A stretch of 64,000 bases of DNA from Pavona decussata. Lineage: Eukaryota. Shown in pieces: positions 36,770 to 47,416 of the stretch. A model generated the notes under the pieces. It worked only from the letters and a program-made list of their open reading frames with translations, was not told where the DNA came from and did no database searches. Made by a program: the position numbers and the translations under genes. The stretch spans positions 124,001 to 188,000 of the forward strand of contig CDRNST010000287.1 of assembly GCA_977016875.1 (NCBI GenBank), given 5' to 3'. Every line of letters starts with the position of its first letter. Within the stretch, counting starts at the first letter, position 1.

Positions 36770-37308
36770 TTTGGCAATGGCGTGGGAAGAGGTGCTTTTT
36801 AGGGAAAGTCACTCCCAACCTATGTTCACCCTCAAAACATAAAGACTGTGCATGGTGTCAGGGAAGTTATAGGTGGAGAGCTAGGTGACTACCCAAGATC
36901 CGCAAGGGCCTGTGGTATGTATTTATTTATCCCTGAAATTAAGTAATCCATTAGGTTTGCTGCAAAGCTTTTTGTCCGAAACTAAGCTAAAATCACCGTA
37001 TTTCCTTGAGTGATCACCCACCCTAATGCTCTAAACAGAAGTTTTTAAAATATATATTCACAAAACTTGTAAGTAATGTCAGGACTGCCTGCTTTTGCCC
37101 GGGGGGTGGAGGGAGAGGGCTGGGCGAGGGTCAGTTTCAATCTCAGTGATACTTCACAATTTTCTCAGAATTATAGAGTATTTCTTGCAATATTGAACTT
37201 TACACTGTTTTTATCTGTTCTCCCTAGGTGTACCATGTGTATATGAAGGACTTTTTTGACGCTAAATGGCCAGACACAAGCAAAAACAAAACCAAGAAAA
37301 AGAACTGA
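36770..37308 (+). pseudogene. Accessory gene of Kolobok copy B (last exons)
   Basis: AG|FGNGVGRGAFR...|GT and AG|VYHVYMKDFFDAKWPD; homologous to 21786-22263. Confidence 0.6.
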
Positions 37309-37925
37309 TTACATAAATTAGATAGATAGTAGATTTTCCTTACACATAAGTAAATTTTTGCATACTTTTTTGTTCGAGACTATGAATTGTAAAATTAATT
37401 ATTTATTTATTTATTTATTACAATATTTTTTTATCAGCTGATATAATTTGTGAAAAATAAGTTGTTAAATACAAGATTTAGATTTTTGTTCAGTTGGAAC
37501 ATTGTAGAACAATTTTTTTTTATTTGCGTGTGTAAATAACCACCTTTTTTACAATAAAGCAAACATGCAATAATTTTTGTTTTTGTTTCTTTGAAAAAGT
37601 TGTACTGGCTCATTTTGCATGCTAGTGGAATGCAGTCAGGGATGTACTTTGGCAAAGACTGGCAGCCTGATGTTACTTATAATTTTACCAAACAATATAT
37701 ATTTGCATTACCTACATGCGGCGATAATCAAAATAGTGACTAGAAAGGTGAAAATTGATAACTATTCAACATTGTGATGGAGAACAAAATTTCCCCCTAG
37801 ACGGTAAAATAATCCACAGGAAAGTAAGTGCAGTCCAGTTTTCCTAAGTTGGACATTGACATAGCAGGAAACAGTGTCTGTCATGGAAAGAATTCAACTT
37901 TACAGAATGTATATAAAGCTTGGCC

Positions 37926-38062
37926 TTAACTCATAGAATTGTTAAAAGTACAGTCTTTGTGGCTCTTTCGCTGGCGAGTGCTACTACCACACCACTTGCA
38001 TTTCTTTCCGCCAACATCAACTTCTCGTTCAGCGGGGGCAGGAACAGGCTCTAACACTGGGC
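37926..38062 (-). pseudogene. Displaced 3' half of the last transposase exon of copy B (CCHC knuckle)
   Basis: GPVLEPVPAPAEREVDVGGKKCKWCGSSTRQRKSHKDC aligns with copy A VEVGGKKCKWCGSNTHSRKSHKDC. Confidence 0.85.
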
Positions 38063-38064
38063 CA

Positions 38065-38164
38065 AATTGAGAACTTGATGTTTGGAGGTCAAAAGTGAAA
38101 TATTCATTTCCTGATTTTGCCTTGTTTATTGGCGACACTTTATGAATATAGCCTGGATCAGTAT
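38065..38164 (-). pseudogene. Displaced N-terminal part of an OB-fold (RPA1-like) gene
   Basis: AG|..TDPGYIHKVSPINKAKSGNEYFTFDLQTSSSQF; continues as KVVGFDRK at ~45654 (+) once the inversion is undone. Confidence 0.7.
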
Positions 38165-39151
38165 CTAAAGAGGAAAGAATATTGATGAATACTGTATCTT
38201 ATAATGGATTATAACCACTAGAGTGGGAGAGAGAGAGAAAGTGTAGATTCCCCAAGGATGTCAAGCTTGTTCTTTTAAAAATGGTATACTTTTTTCTTTG
38301 GGGAATTTGTCAGTAAAATACTTTTAAAAATTGTATTCTCTTCAACTCTAGCATAATAACGTTTATTTAAAAAAGTAATAATTTGTGAAATTTATACTGC
38401 ACAAGGCTCCATTAGAAGATGCTCACCTGTTCATTACACTGTATAAAAAGGAGGTATATAAAATATATAGAGTAAATTATAGAAATTACTATTCTTTATT
38501 CTTAAGGTATATTAAAATATCAATGAGAATTTTATGTAAAAAGGGAACATAAAATAGTGACTACTGTTAAGGTGATACTGGAGGCAAAATTGGTGATTTT
38601 TTGCACTTTTTACTTTGAAAGAAACATTAGAAATATTAACCCTAGGGGAATGTAATTTTCAGAGCTAATACAGAATTGTATCTAGATTGTAAAACTTTAG
38701 TTGTTCAAAATAATTCAAGGAATTCGTGGAATTTAAGGGGGTGGTGTGACTATCCTTTTTTAAGGGATCAGCCACCACTGAAAGGGAATTTAACTGTTTG
38801 CAATAAAAATTGTCTCAAAGAAATAGCATGCAAAAGACACAAATTTTCACTGGAGTGCATCACTGGAAAGCACAAAGAAACAATTTTAGGATAAATAATA
38901 TAAACTCTTCTTTAGATGAAGTTTGTCACCTTGTCCTGTACTTGATATCTCGAGAAATATGATGCACTCCTGCGAAAACTTTCATAAACACATCTAGTTT
39001 CTTTCCTCCAAATTTCACATCCTTCTGATTTATCGTTCAAATAAATTCACATTTACTGCATACTAATATGGAAATTTAAAGCAAATTTTCCTGGGAAATC
39101 GAGTGTAACTTGAAGAAATTCCCGCAATCGTTCCATTTCTTTCTCACACAC

Positions 39152-39313
39152 TGGCGGCCATGTTGTTGATGCCTACAATACCAGTTTCCAGCGGAAAAAA
39201 CACAGGAAAATTGTCCCAAATTTGGTTCTTATGCCCTTTTTCCTGACTCCATTCTTCCCGCGAAACCAATCATAAACGCCATCATAAAACAATGACACCA
39301 TTGCATGGCAACG
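39152..39313 (+). promoter_or_regulatory. Putative promoter of Kolobok transposase copy B
   Basis: TGGCGGCCATGTT, CAGCGG, TTATGCCCTT, TTCCCGCGAAACCAATCA, AAAACAATGAC and CATGGCAACG are conserved with copy A. Confidence 0.6.
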
Positions 39314-40460
39314 CCACCTCGTCCGACCTCAAAGGGATCAAATCGCCGTTGTGTTGACAGCCCTTTCAAGCTCAATTTTGCGCTGAAAAGTTATTATGAA
39401 GAAGACGTTTATGACTTCTAGTGAAAGAAAACAAAGTGATTTGAATCATTTTCGAGGCACTGGTGCTTTGTCGAGAATTTCCCTTGATTTTGACAAGCTT
39501 CGGAACCCTGGGTGGACGATTACAGAGCGTAAAGACACATCCCCATGGACACATTACAAGTATCACCAGAGGGAAGAACTCAAAAAAGTGCAAAAGATGT
39601 AGAAAAAAAGTTCCGTTACGAGGGTACACTGACCGAGTTCTTGAAGGACGAAGAATCCAAAGAAGGAGAAAACGAGAACAAAACAGAAGACGCTGATGTG
39701 CCATCATCAAGCCGCTCGCAAGCGTTTGATGATGACTCAGAGTACGAGCCACCGGATAAAGTAAAAGCTTGCGCAAGGAGTGTGAAGCAGTGAGTATTTT
39801 TGTATTTCGGTGAGATAAGGTTCTGTGTTACTTGTCTCTCTCTTTCTTATAATGCTTTCTGTTGCTGTTTCAAAGTTTGCTTGTCTTGCATCATCTTACA
39901 AATATACTGAATTCAATGCACGTTTTGATTAGTTATTACAAATGAGGTGCATAGCTTACATCATGAAGAATTTGTTTTCTATGTTTTGTCCAATTGGCGG
40001 ACAGTTTTGAAAATGAGGACCACATTATTGATCTCAATTCACCAAGTGAAGGCATAGAAAAAAACTTAAGCCAAAAGTAGTTTTGTTTTGTTTTAACCAT
40101 GTTTCATCTTCATCTGTGATCTATAACTGAACAGATGCATAGCAACATAGACTGCAGTGCAGTGCAGTCGCCACTATTTTATCAGAATTTGCCCTGGCAG
40201 AGCCTCACTTTTGCGATGAACACCAGGGCCCAGTTGTTCGACAGGCGATTAAACTAACCCATGATTAACATTTATTCCGTGATTAAATTTGTTATTCCTG
40301 GGATAACTAATCCAGGGATAAAAAGCTGTTCCTGAAAGCAGATTTAATCCTCGATTAATTATCCTCCAATTTAGATTTACATTTATTCACAGCTTGGCGG
40401 CTACGCACGCAAAAAAAACATAAAGAAGGATGTGAAGGCCATACCTGAAGGAAAAAAATA

Positions 40461-41421
40461 ATGGCAGAAAGTGTCGCGGGACATGAAGAAATCAACTCTG
40501 AAGCAAAAGAAAGAAAACGAAAACCCAACTTTTCCGTTTACGAAATTGGTGTGATTATTGAAAATGCTAAAAAACACCTTGAAACTATTCAGTTGAAACT
40601 AGCAAACAATGTCACCAACAAAAAGACACGAAATCTGGAAAGAAATTATGCGAGCTGTTAATGCAGTGGGAACAGCAGACCGTACGGTGTCCGAGGTGAA
40701 GGACAGGTGGAAAAACCTTCTCAGTACCGCAAGAAAAGAGTTTTTTGAATTCAAGAGGGAGTTGAAGAAGACTAGAGGAGGGCCGCCGCCGAAACCCCCA
40801 AATGTTTCAAGTAAAGAAATTATTGAAGTGTTTGAAGGCTTATACTAAATGAATAGCAATAATTGCTTCTGTTGTAAGCTTAAGCTTAAATTTGAATGGT
40901 CAAATCCTTGTACATGTAAACTTATAAAAACCTGAGGAAATTGGCAAGTTGTTTCACAACTAGATACAAGCTAGCTCTATTGAATTAGATGGAGCAACTG
41001 TACTTGCTAAGTTGTACAAATACACGTAGATTTGGTGTCTTACGATTGGAAGTGTTGGAAATGAAATTGTTACAACCATTAAGTGATTATAATCAGACAA
41101 AATAATATTAATAGTAATTGACATAAATTTATTTTTTCTCTCTAGTCTCTGAAGCTACATTACCTATTAAAAGTGCTACTGTTTCTGCCAAACTCTTATC
41201 CAATATTGCCAGCAGTCTGGATGAAAATGTTGAAGATGAAATTCAAGAAGAAAAGGAAAGTGAAGAAACGAATAACAAATGATGATGTCCTTGAACAACA
41301 GTTCAAGGCATTAGTTGCCAAACGAGAAAATTTGACTTTAAAAATGAGAAAATTGGAATTGGAGTTGTATCTTTTGGAGCAAAAAGTGTTGCAAGGGGAC
41401 ACCACTATCCCCACTGAATAA
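40461..41421 (+). pseudogene. Harbinger Myb/SANT-like DNA-binding protein (NAIF1/MSANTD4 type); two exons, frameshifted
   Basis: RKRKPNFS..EI...NNVTNKK/RHEIWKEIMRAVNAVG..RTVSEVKDRWKNL...KKTRGGPP; coiled-coil second exon. Confidence 0.85.
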
Positions 41422-42224
41422 CCTAAATACAAGAACACGATATACTGTTGCTCCCAGTACATCAAGGATTGTGTCATTAATAATTTATTATTAAGAATTT
41501 TTTTCATGTAAATTTACTTTAGTCAAATTTATTTGCAATTCTGTTAATTGCATTACTGTGGTCATAAATTTCCATTTCTGACAAGTTAAATAATTTATTT
41601 ATGTGTGCAGAGCAAATTTACTTGCAGCCACCTTTTGAGTCAACAACTCCTTGGCGTTTATGTGAACTGTTAAAATTATCAATCAATAACAAATAAAACA
41701 TGTACAGTGAAGTCAAATTTATGTTGCGATTATGTTACAGTATTGTGGTCTTAAATTTCAATATATTACAAGTAAATAATTTATTTAAGTGAGTGGGGCA
41801 GATTTACTTGAAGCCACATTTTGAGTGAACAACTCATTCTACAAAATAAAAAAATGTTGTCAGTGTTAAAAATGGTCAACAAAAAGTTACATATCAAGCA
41901 TTTTATAATAAAACTTCCAAGTTACACATACTGCGTGTTGTTTTTCCGATAGGTCTTGCAAATGTGATCTCCATGAACTTTTCAAAGCCAAAATATGGAA
42001 CCATTTCTCTCAGATCTTGGAAATATACAAATCTTTGTACTTTTCAGATAACATAATGGTTTAATAGTGGTCCTTAAAATAAATTATTGAAGTCCATGGG
42101 TCATCACAGTCAATCCCATTTTTGTATCATTCAGTACAGTTGTGGGGTTTTGGACTACTACAGTCTGTTGCAACAACCCAGTTAAACTGGTTTCTTTAAG
42201 AAATAGAGATCAACAAGAAGTGTC

Positions 42225-42697
42225 AGAAAAAAGTATTACAAATGTGGTCTCTGATGACCTTGCCATTTTCTGGACCACGATATCAAATAGGATCAGGCTG
42301 ATCATCAGCTTCAGCATGGCCATCCAGAGGTTCGTTCCTGAAAATTGCTATGTTGTGCAAAACTGCACAAGTTCCAGTCATCATGCAGACTTTTTCTGGC
42401 TTCATCCTAGTCTCCGAATGTAGCAGGTGAAACCTTCGCTTCCACACGCCAAATGCTTGTTCAATTGCTACCCTTGTTCGTGTATGTGCATTGTTAAACT
42501 CTGTCTGCTTGTTGGTGCCTGGATTCAAGTAAGGGGTCATCAAGTAGGGCTTGCAAGGATAGCCACTATCACCTAACAGCAAACCATCTCCCAGGGATTG
42601 GTGCTGGGCATTGAGTTGTTGGCCAATTTGTGAATGGTGAAAATAAAGCTGTCGTGCGTGCTGCCTGGCCATCTCGCTACAATATTTCTAAACATGC
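42225..42697 (-). pseudogene. HARBI1-like DDE transposase, last exon
   Basis: VARWPGSTHDS...LLGDSGYP...YLMTPY...FNNAHTRTRVAIEQAFGVWKRRF...CAVLHNI. Confidence 0.92.
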
Positions 42698-43433
42698 CTG
42701 AAACGAAACAAAATCTCTATTAGGTAACAATTCTTTGACATGTAAATTTGATTCGAGTTTAATTGAGGGATAGTTCAATGCAAATTTGTACAAGACAATT
42801 TATGTACCTATCATGTTTGTTTGTATTTGGGTTTGTTGACAAGGTTACGAGGTTTCAGCTGTGCCCATCCTCCCAGGCAATAGTTAGGCATTTGCGTAGG
42901 TTTTAATCCTGGGGTGGGGCTTTTGAAATATTATCACTACACGGGAGCCGGGTATTTGCTTTAACCCACAGGACAACCCCAGGGCACTTGATACCCTAGC
43001 TGTTTTGGTCTCGCACATGGAAGAGAGTGCAAACATGTTGTCTGTTTCATTAACCTGTCGATAAAATATGGATCAAATGTACCGGTAATTAAGTTATCAA
43101 ATCTTTTATTTTGCATTTGTTTGTTAAAGGATCATGGCAACCTCCTTCCAAGGGTCCTCTCCTTCTTGTCCCTTGGAGGTTGGGATCATGTGTCTTCTAT
43201 TCTTTGATACTGTACTGTATTAGGAAGCTGGGGGGGGGGGGGGGGGCTGTCACAACCTGTGATGGTTGTTGGCAGATAAGAGGGCATTTCAGCCAAAATT
43301 GTACTTTTATTATAAAAAATTATTTGACTGGTGCTCTGTTATATTATGTACACCTTTCCATGCGGGGTGCTGATAACATCAGTGCATCAGTGCTGAGGAA
43401 CTGTGGCAGGGGACAGCAAAGGCAGCCGAGGGT

Positions 43434-43830
43434 TGCTCTCAAGGGACAAGTGCCTCCGATTTGCACAACTTTTTGAGCCTATGTTATCGTTTAGGGGTAC
43501 CTATACCACATGAAAAAACCGAAAGTCCTTCGACCAATTTACAGTTTGACACGTTTAATATGGAAGCACGACTGCTGGATGATAAGCTTCAAAAATGCAA
43601 TGCTCGGTTATTGGACATGCACAAATGCCGAAAAACTACCCTTAAAGTACTTCAATCTTTGATTGGCTTATTGAATTTTACTTGCTCGGTTGTTCTACCT
43701 GGTCAGGCCTTTCTTTGGAGGCTTGTTGATCTCACCAAGGGTGTCCGTCTACCTCATCATCGTATACGGATTACTGAAGCCTGTCATCTCGATTTACAAG
43801 TATGGCTTCAATTTTTAAGAGATTTTAACG
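43434..43830 (+). mobile_element. DIRS/Ngaro retrotransposon RT-thumb fragment inserted in the Kolobok DDE exon
   Basis: LGVPIPHEKT...EARLLDDKL...LQSLIGLLNFTCSVVLPGQAFL...DLQVWLQFLRDFNG, located between Kolobok WQGTAKAAEG and ILWVKAKEEG. Confidence 0.8.
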
Positions 43831-45652
43831 GATTTTATGGGTCAAAGCCAAGGAAGAGGGAATTAAAGTGGAGGTGAATTGGCAGGATGCTGATTCGTCC
43901 TCTGCTAAGGGTTTTTGTTTTTCCTTTGCAAGCGAACAGGAATGAAAAGTTATGTTATGTGGTGGGCTTGTGGGGAGGGCACATGGGAAGAAGCTCCAGG
44001 AGCTTCAGGGAGAGGGTTCATTTTCAAAAGCCTTTATTGACTTACACAAACAGCAGTTCCCCCAAATTGAGTCAGTAAAATGTGTTTGTCTGGGAAAAAA
44101 CATAGTTATGTGTCCACGTGGAGCAAGCAACCTTGTGGTTGCATTGGGCCTGCCTTTATACAAAATGCAAAAAGAAACCACTACTGTGCCCTTGTGCACG
44201 CTGGGAGGGACCCGGGTGTGTATAGAGACATAATGCTTGCACTGGGAAAGTACCATTGTCACGAAAGTACCACCAGTGAGAGGGTGGTTCCTGCTCCTTC
44301 CACCCATGACTAAAGTGTTCTTGCAAAGGGTGCAAAAGTGACGTGGAATGGTTTGTGGAAGAACTCAAATGTCCTGGGGGACCTTATCATTCAACAAATG
44401 TTGTAAAATGTGAATTCCATGCCTTTGCGTATGAAATTGAATGCAACCAAAGGGCAAAAGAGGCAGAAGGGGTAATTGATCCTGGGTTGGGAAAGGGCCA
44501 TTCCAACCTCCCTGAGTCCACATTTGGCATCCTAACTAAATTTAGGGCTAAGGAGATAAATCTACATCGAGAACATTATCAAGGAGCGACAAACCTGGGA
44601 CTTATTCAGTCAAGTATGACCTGGTGTTAACAAGCTAGAGGCCCTTAATACCACTGGATTATGGACCTGTATGCAAGAATGGGGTTACCCCTTCTGGATG
44701 GAATCAGACAAATGTTGTTAATTTTAGTATTCTTTTATATCTGATATGTGCAATTCTTGTTGATATCAATAGTCAGAATTTCCTGTCACCCCAAACCTAT
44801 AATTTTACCCTCCCTCTCTCCGGCCAGCAAAAAAGGGCAATAAATAGTGGTTTGGTGGGCGGGCGCGGGATTTCGGAATTATTTTTTGAACTGGACAATA
44901 GAGACAAGCCATAAACATCTTTTGAAACATGTCCTATTGCAGTGAGTCAGGGCAGTCCTGTGAAGTAGGCAGATTTCCACTTTATACTCTCATTTGTTGT
45001 AAATCATTGGTGTTCCATCTTTTGCAAATATTTCCATTTATTTTCCAGTGTGAAGCTGACACAGAAGAGATACAGAATAGGCTAGACAGAAAGAAGACAG
45101 ATGCTGGTAAAAGGAAGAGGGTTCAACAAACCTTATTTTCATGTATTTCCTCAAATAATAGCTAGGGGCTATAATTATTTTTTATCACTTCAAAAGGGGG
45201 CGATTATTCGAAGGAGGTGATTATTTTAGATGTTGCTCACTGGAAATTGTGCCCTTCACCTTTTTTCATATTGGGAGCTTTCAATCAATGAGTTGTGTCC
45301 CATCTGGCTCCTCAGTGCTATTCTCTGATTTTACCATGGTGGAGTTCAAGAAGGAGGAAGGAAAGGGGAGGCGATAATTCAAAGGAAGCAGTTATTCCAT
45401 ATATTTACTCTCAAAAGGGTAAAGGGTAAAGTAATACAGTACTTGTTTTGTTGTAAACACGTCCTCCTTATTTATATGGTTAGGCAAATAAGGCTATACC
45501 GTACATTGTGTACTTTTATCTTAGGAAGAAATATGTACAAAGACTGCACATATGTCACTCTTATGGAGAAGACCCTGAAGATGATCAAGTGAGTGAGGAC
45601 ATTGCCACAGAAGTTACACAAGCAGCCTTGGCCAATGGGACAGCACCCTCTG

Positions 45653-46580
45653 CAAAGTGGTTGGTTTTGACCGTAAAATCATAAACAAGGACTTCATTTC
45701 CTGAACACTGGTACGCCAATTCGAGTATTGAATGCAAATGGAAAGGATGACAACCTATTCTTCAACAACTACTCAACTATTGCCAAGGCTTATTCAGGTG
45801 ATATTCACTTCGAAATCAAAGAACCATCAACTGACTTACCAGCCAACTCCAACCTGCCACATGGTAATGCTATTCAAATCTCACTCAGTCAGCTTAACGT
45901 GTTAACCAGGAATCAAAGAGTCAATGTTAAAGGAACAATCACTATGGGAGGTGCTTAACCAAAAGAAGTAACAAAGAGAAATGGAAAGCCAGGCCTTGTT
46001 AAAAAGGGCTGTGTAATTGAGGACCAAACTGTTCATACAAGAATCCACTTGTGGGATGACATAATTTAAAAGTGAAAAACCTCAACCAGTTATGAGATCA
46101 CAGATCTAAGCGTAAAGAACTACAATGGGCACATACATCTTGGTTCAACAACTGACACAACAATCAACATGCATGTTGACAACCCTCAAGGACCACAGCT
46201 GGTTACCAGAAAACAGTAAAAAGAGAGGAATACATGTTTACAGATAAATTAAGTGTTTTCATGACGTGCCAAATCAACAGCTGCAAAATGAAAATGCCAT
46301 ATGCAATTGAATCTCCTGTCTTCACATGCCCAAGCTGTGGCACATGCCAGAAAGTCAAACCAGCAACAAAGGATGCTACCGCTCGGTTATGTGCTCAAAT
46401 TGAAGCAAGTATGGCTTACAGCCTTCACTGATGTGAAGGAGAATTTACTAGCCAAAGTACACTTATCGATTAATGACACCCGATAAAATCAAGGAAGCCC
46501 TACTGAAAATGGAAAATATAACATTAGTTATTGATTCTGTGTCAGACTTCATCTTGGAAGTTGAAGAAAATGGTACATGA
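45653..46580 (+). pseudogene. RPA1-like multi-OB-fold ssDNA-binding protein with C4 zinc ribbon, degenerate
   Basis: KVVGFD...FFNNYSTI; NQRVNVKGTI...CVIEDQT...IHLWDD; SVKNYNG; TCQINSC...FTCPSCG; WLTAFTD. Several stops and frameshifts. Confidence 0.7.
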
Positions 46581-46597
46581 ATCATTTGCAATAGCAC

Positions 46598-46717
46598 ACA
46601 CTATTGTGTTGACTTATGTTCTGTTGCATTAGTATCCTTTAAACATTCAAAGCAAACCGACACTATTGTGTTCACTTATGTTCTGTTGCATTAGTATCCT
46701 TTAAACATTCAAACCAA
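46598..46717 (+). repeat. Two-unit ~60-bp tandem repeat
   Basis: ACACTATTGTGTT(G/C)ACTTATGTTCTGTTGCATTAGTATCCTTTAAACATTCAAA occurs twice. Confidence 0.85.
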
Positions 46718-47416
46718 AAGGAAATTGTTATGGTATGTTAGTTTTCGATTTCAAGTAAAACTTAATCTTGCAAGTTAAAAAATACAATGCCTGAGCTTTT
46801 CCATTAAATTATGTACAGTTGACATACAAAGCAAAAAACAAATTGTTATTCTTCATTGCTAAAAACATGTAAGCGTGAAAGTCAAGTAAAAGAACTACTT
46901 GAAAAGTTGTAATTCTCCATGTAAGATTCTTGTTTCTTTCTTGGAATCCAATCAAAACAACTCTGGTTCATATACCGGTTTGAATGTACAAATTACTGCT
47001 ATTTTTGGGGGTTATTGGAAAGCAAGATTATTTGTCATAGCATCCTCAATTCAAGTTTTGTCCAAATAGAAATGTTGTGTTATTATGTTTGATCTTTTTA
47101 ATGATGGATACTCTAAGTAACCCTACAGATACTACAAAAAGCTCATTTTATTGCTCTACGTTAGAGCTTTCTCAGTATCTTTGAGCCCAACCAGCCTTTA
47201 ATTCCTCAGTTCCTCATTTGATTTTCAGTACAAACTGCACAGCCTCGCTTCTCAACGTTCACGAAGACACACGAAGGAATGTTTGCTCGCCAAAATCAAA
47301 ATTAGGCACAAACCTACTTTTCCCTTCACTATTGACCCCAAGTATCTTTACCAAACAAAAACGAGAAGAAAAACCTTGACGTTCTCCCAAACCGACGTTT
47401 CAACCCATCAAATCTC

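Larger units (their letters stand above)
40227..42800. mobile_element. PIF/Harbinger transposon, truncated on the right
   Basis: CAG|GGCCCAGTTGTTCG terminus; convergent Myb/SANT gene and HARBI1-like transposase. Confidence 0.85.
35819..45652. mobile_element. Kolobok-type transposon copy B, disrupted by an inversion and by Harbinger and DIRS insertions
   Basis: Termini TTAA|GGTGGTACTGGAGGC (35819) and TTAA|GGTGATACTGGAGGC (38571) are now direct repeats. They become TIRs when 38063-45652 is re-inverted, which restores the copy A layout. Confidence 0.85.
39396..45652 (+). pseudogene. Spliced Kolobok transposase gene, copy B: MBD-like exon 39396-39790, DDE exon ~43245-44713, exons ~45049-45130 and 45525-45652
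   Basis: RISLDFDKLRNPGWTITE...SPEGRTQKSAKDVEKK; CDGCWQIRGHFSQN; WQDAD; CGGLVGRAH; GKGHSNLPESTFGIL; RKKYVQ...SYGEDPEDD. Confidence 0.8.
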
